Positions 63,746-64,000 of a DNA stretch of 64,000 bases are shown here, one piece after another. The position numbers and the translations under genes were made by a program. The notes under the pieces were generated by a model. The model did not search any database and was not told where the DNA came from. It saw only the letters and a list, made by a program, of their open reading frames with translations. The DNA lies in the NCBI RefSeq assembly GCF_006345805.1, contig NC_043018.1, positions 27,342,001 to 27,406,000 on the forward strand. Direction: 5' to 3'. Each line of letters starts with the position of its first letter. Positions within the stretch are counted from its first letter, which is position 1. Origin of the DNA: Octopus sinensis. Its lineage: Eukaryota.

Positions 63746-63784
<39 letters not shown>

Positions 63785-63828
63785 TATCATCATCATCATC
63801 ATCATCAAAATCATCATCATTATTATTA

Positions 63829-63863
<35 letters not shown>

Positions 63864-64000
63864 TGTGTTAGAAGGAACTAAAGATACAACAACAACAACA
63901 ACAACATCCACACGTACTGATAGCTTGAAAATGACAATCTCTTCTCTCTAACCCCCTGCCAAATGAAGTATAAAATGACCCCTATTAATATCTCGTGGGA

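Overview
AT-rich, microsatellite-saturated eukaryotic DNA. The repeat families look like octopus or coleoid cephalopod sequence; this is pattern recognition, not a database match. Most ORF-track entries are translated microsatellites. The recognisable protein-coding DNA is retrotransposon-derived: a 5'-truncated L1/Tx1-clade LINE inside (TATC)n, four distinct R4/Dong-like restriction-like-endonuclease (RLE) LINEs inside (TAA)n arrays, RTE 3' ends, and two Penelope-like (PLE) GIY-YIG fragments. There are at least five tRNA-headed SINE families, hAT-type and Tc1/mariner-type MITEs, a Helitron-like element and many fold-back hairpins. The main findings are these. (1) Several type-I hammerhead ribozyme folds occur: three near-intact and about five decayed. 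One sits in a composite SINE built as tRNA head + (AAT)n + hammerhead tail, present twice. (2) A ~550-bp non-coding element lives only in (TAA)n arrays, is always co-oriented with neighbouring Dong-like LINEs, and is interrupted at the same site in three copies. (3) There are scattered candidate host exons and a CpG-rich CCAAT/E2F-like promoter that I cannot assemble into a named gene. No CRISPR array, rRNA or convincing true tRNA gene was found.
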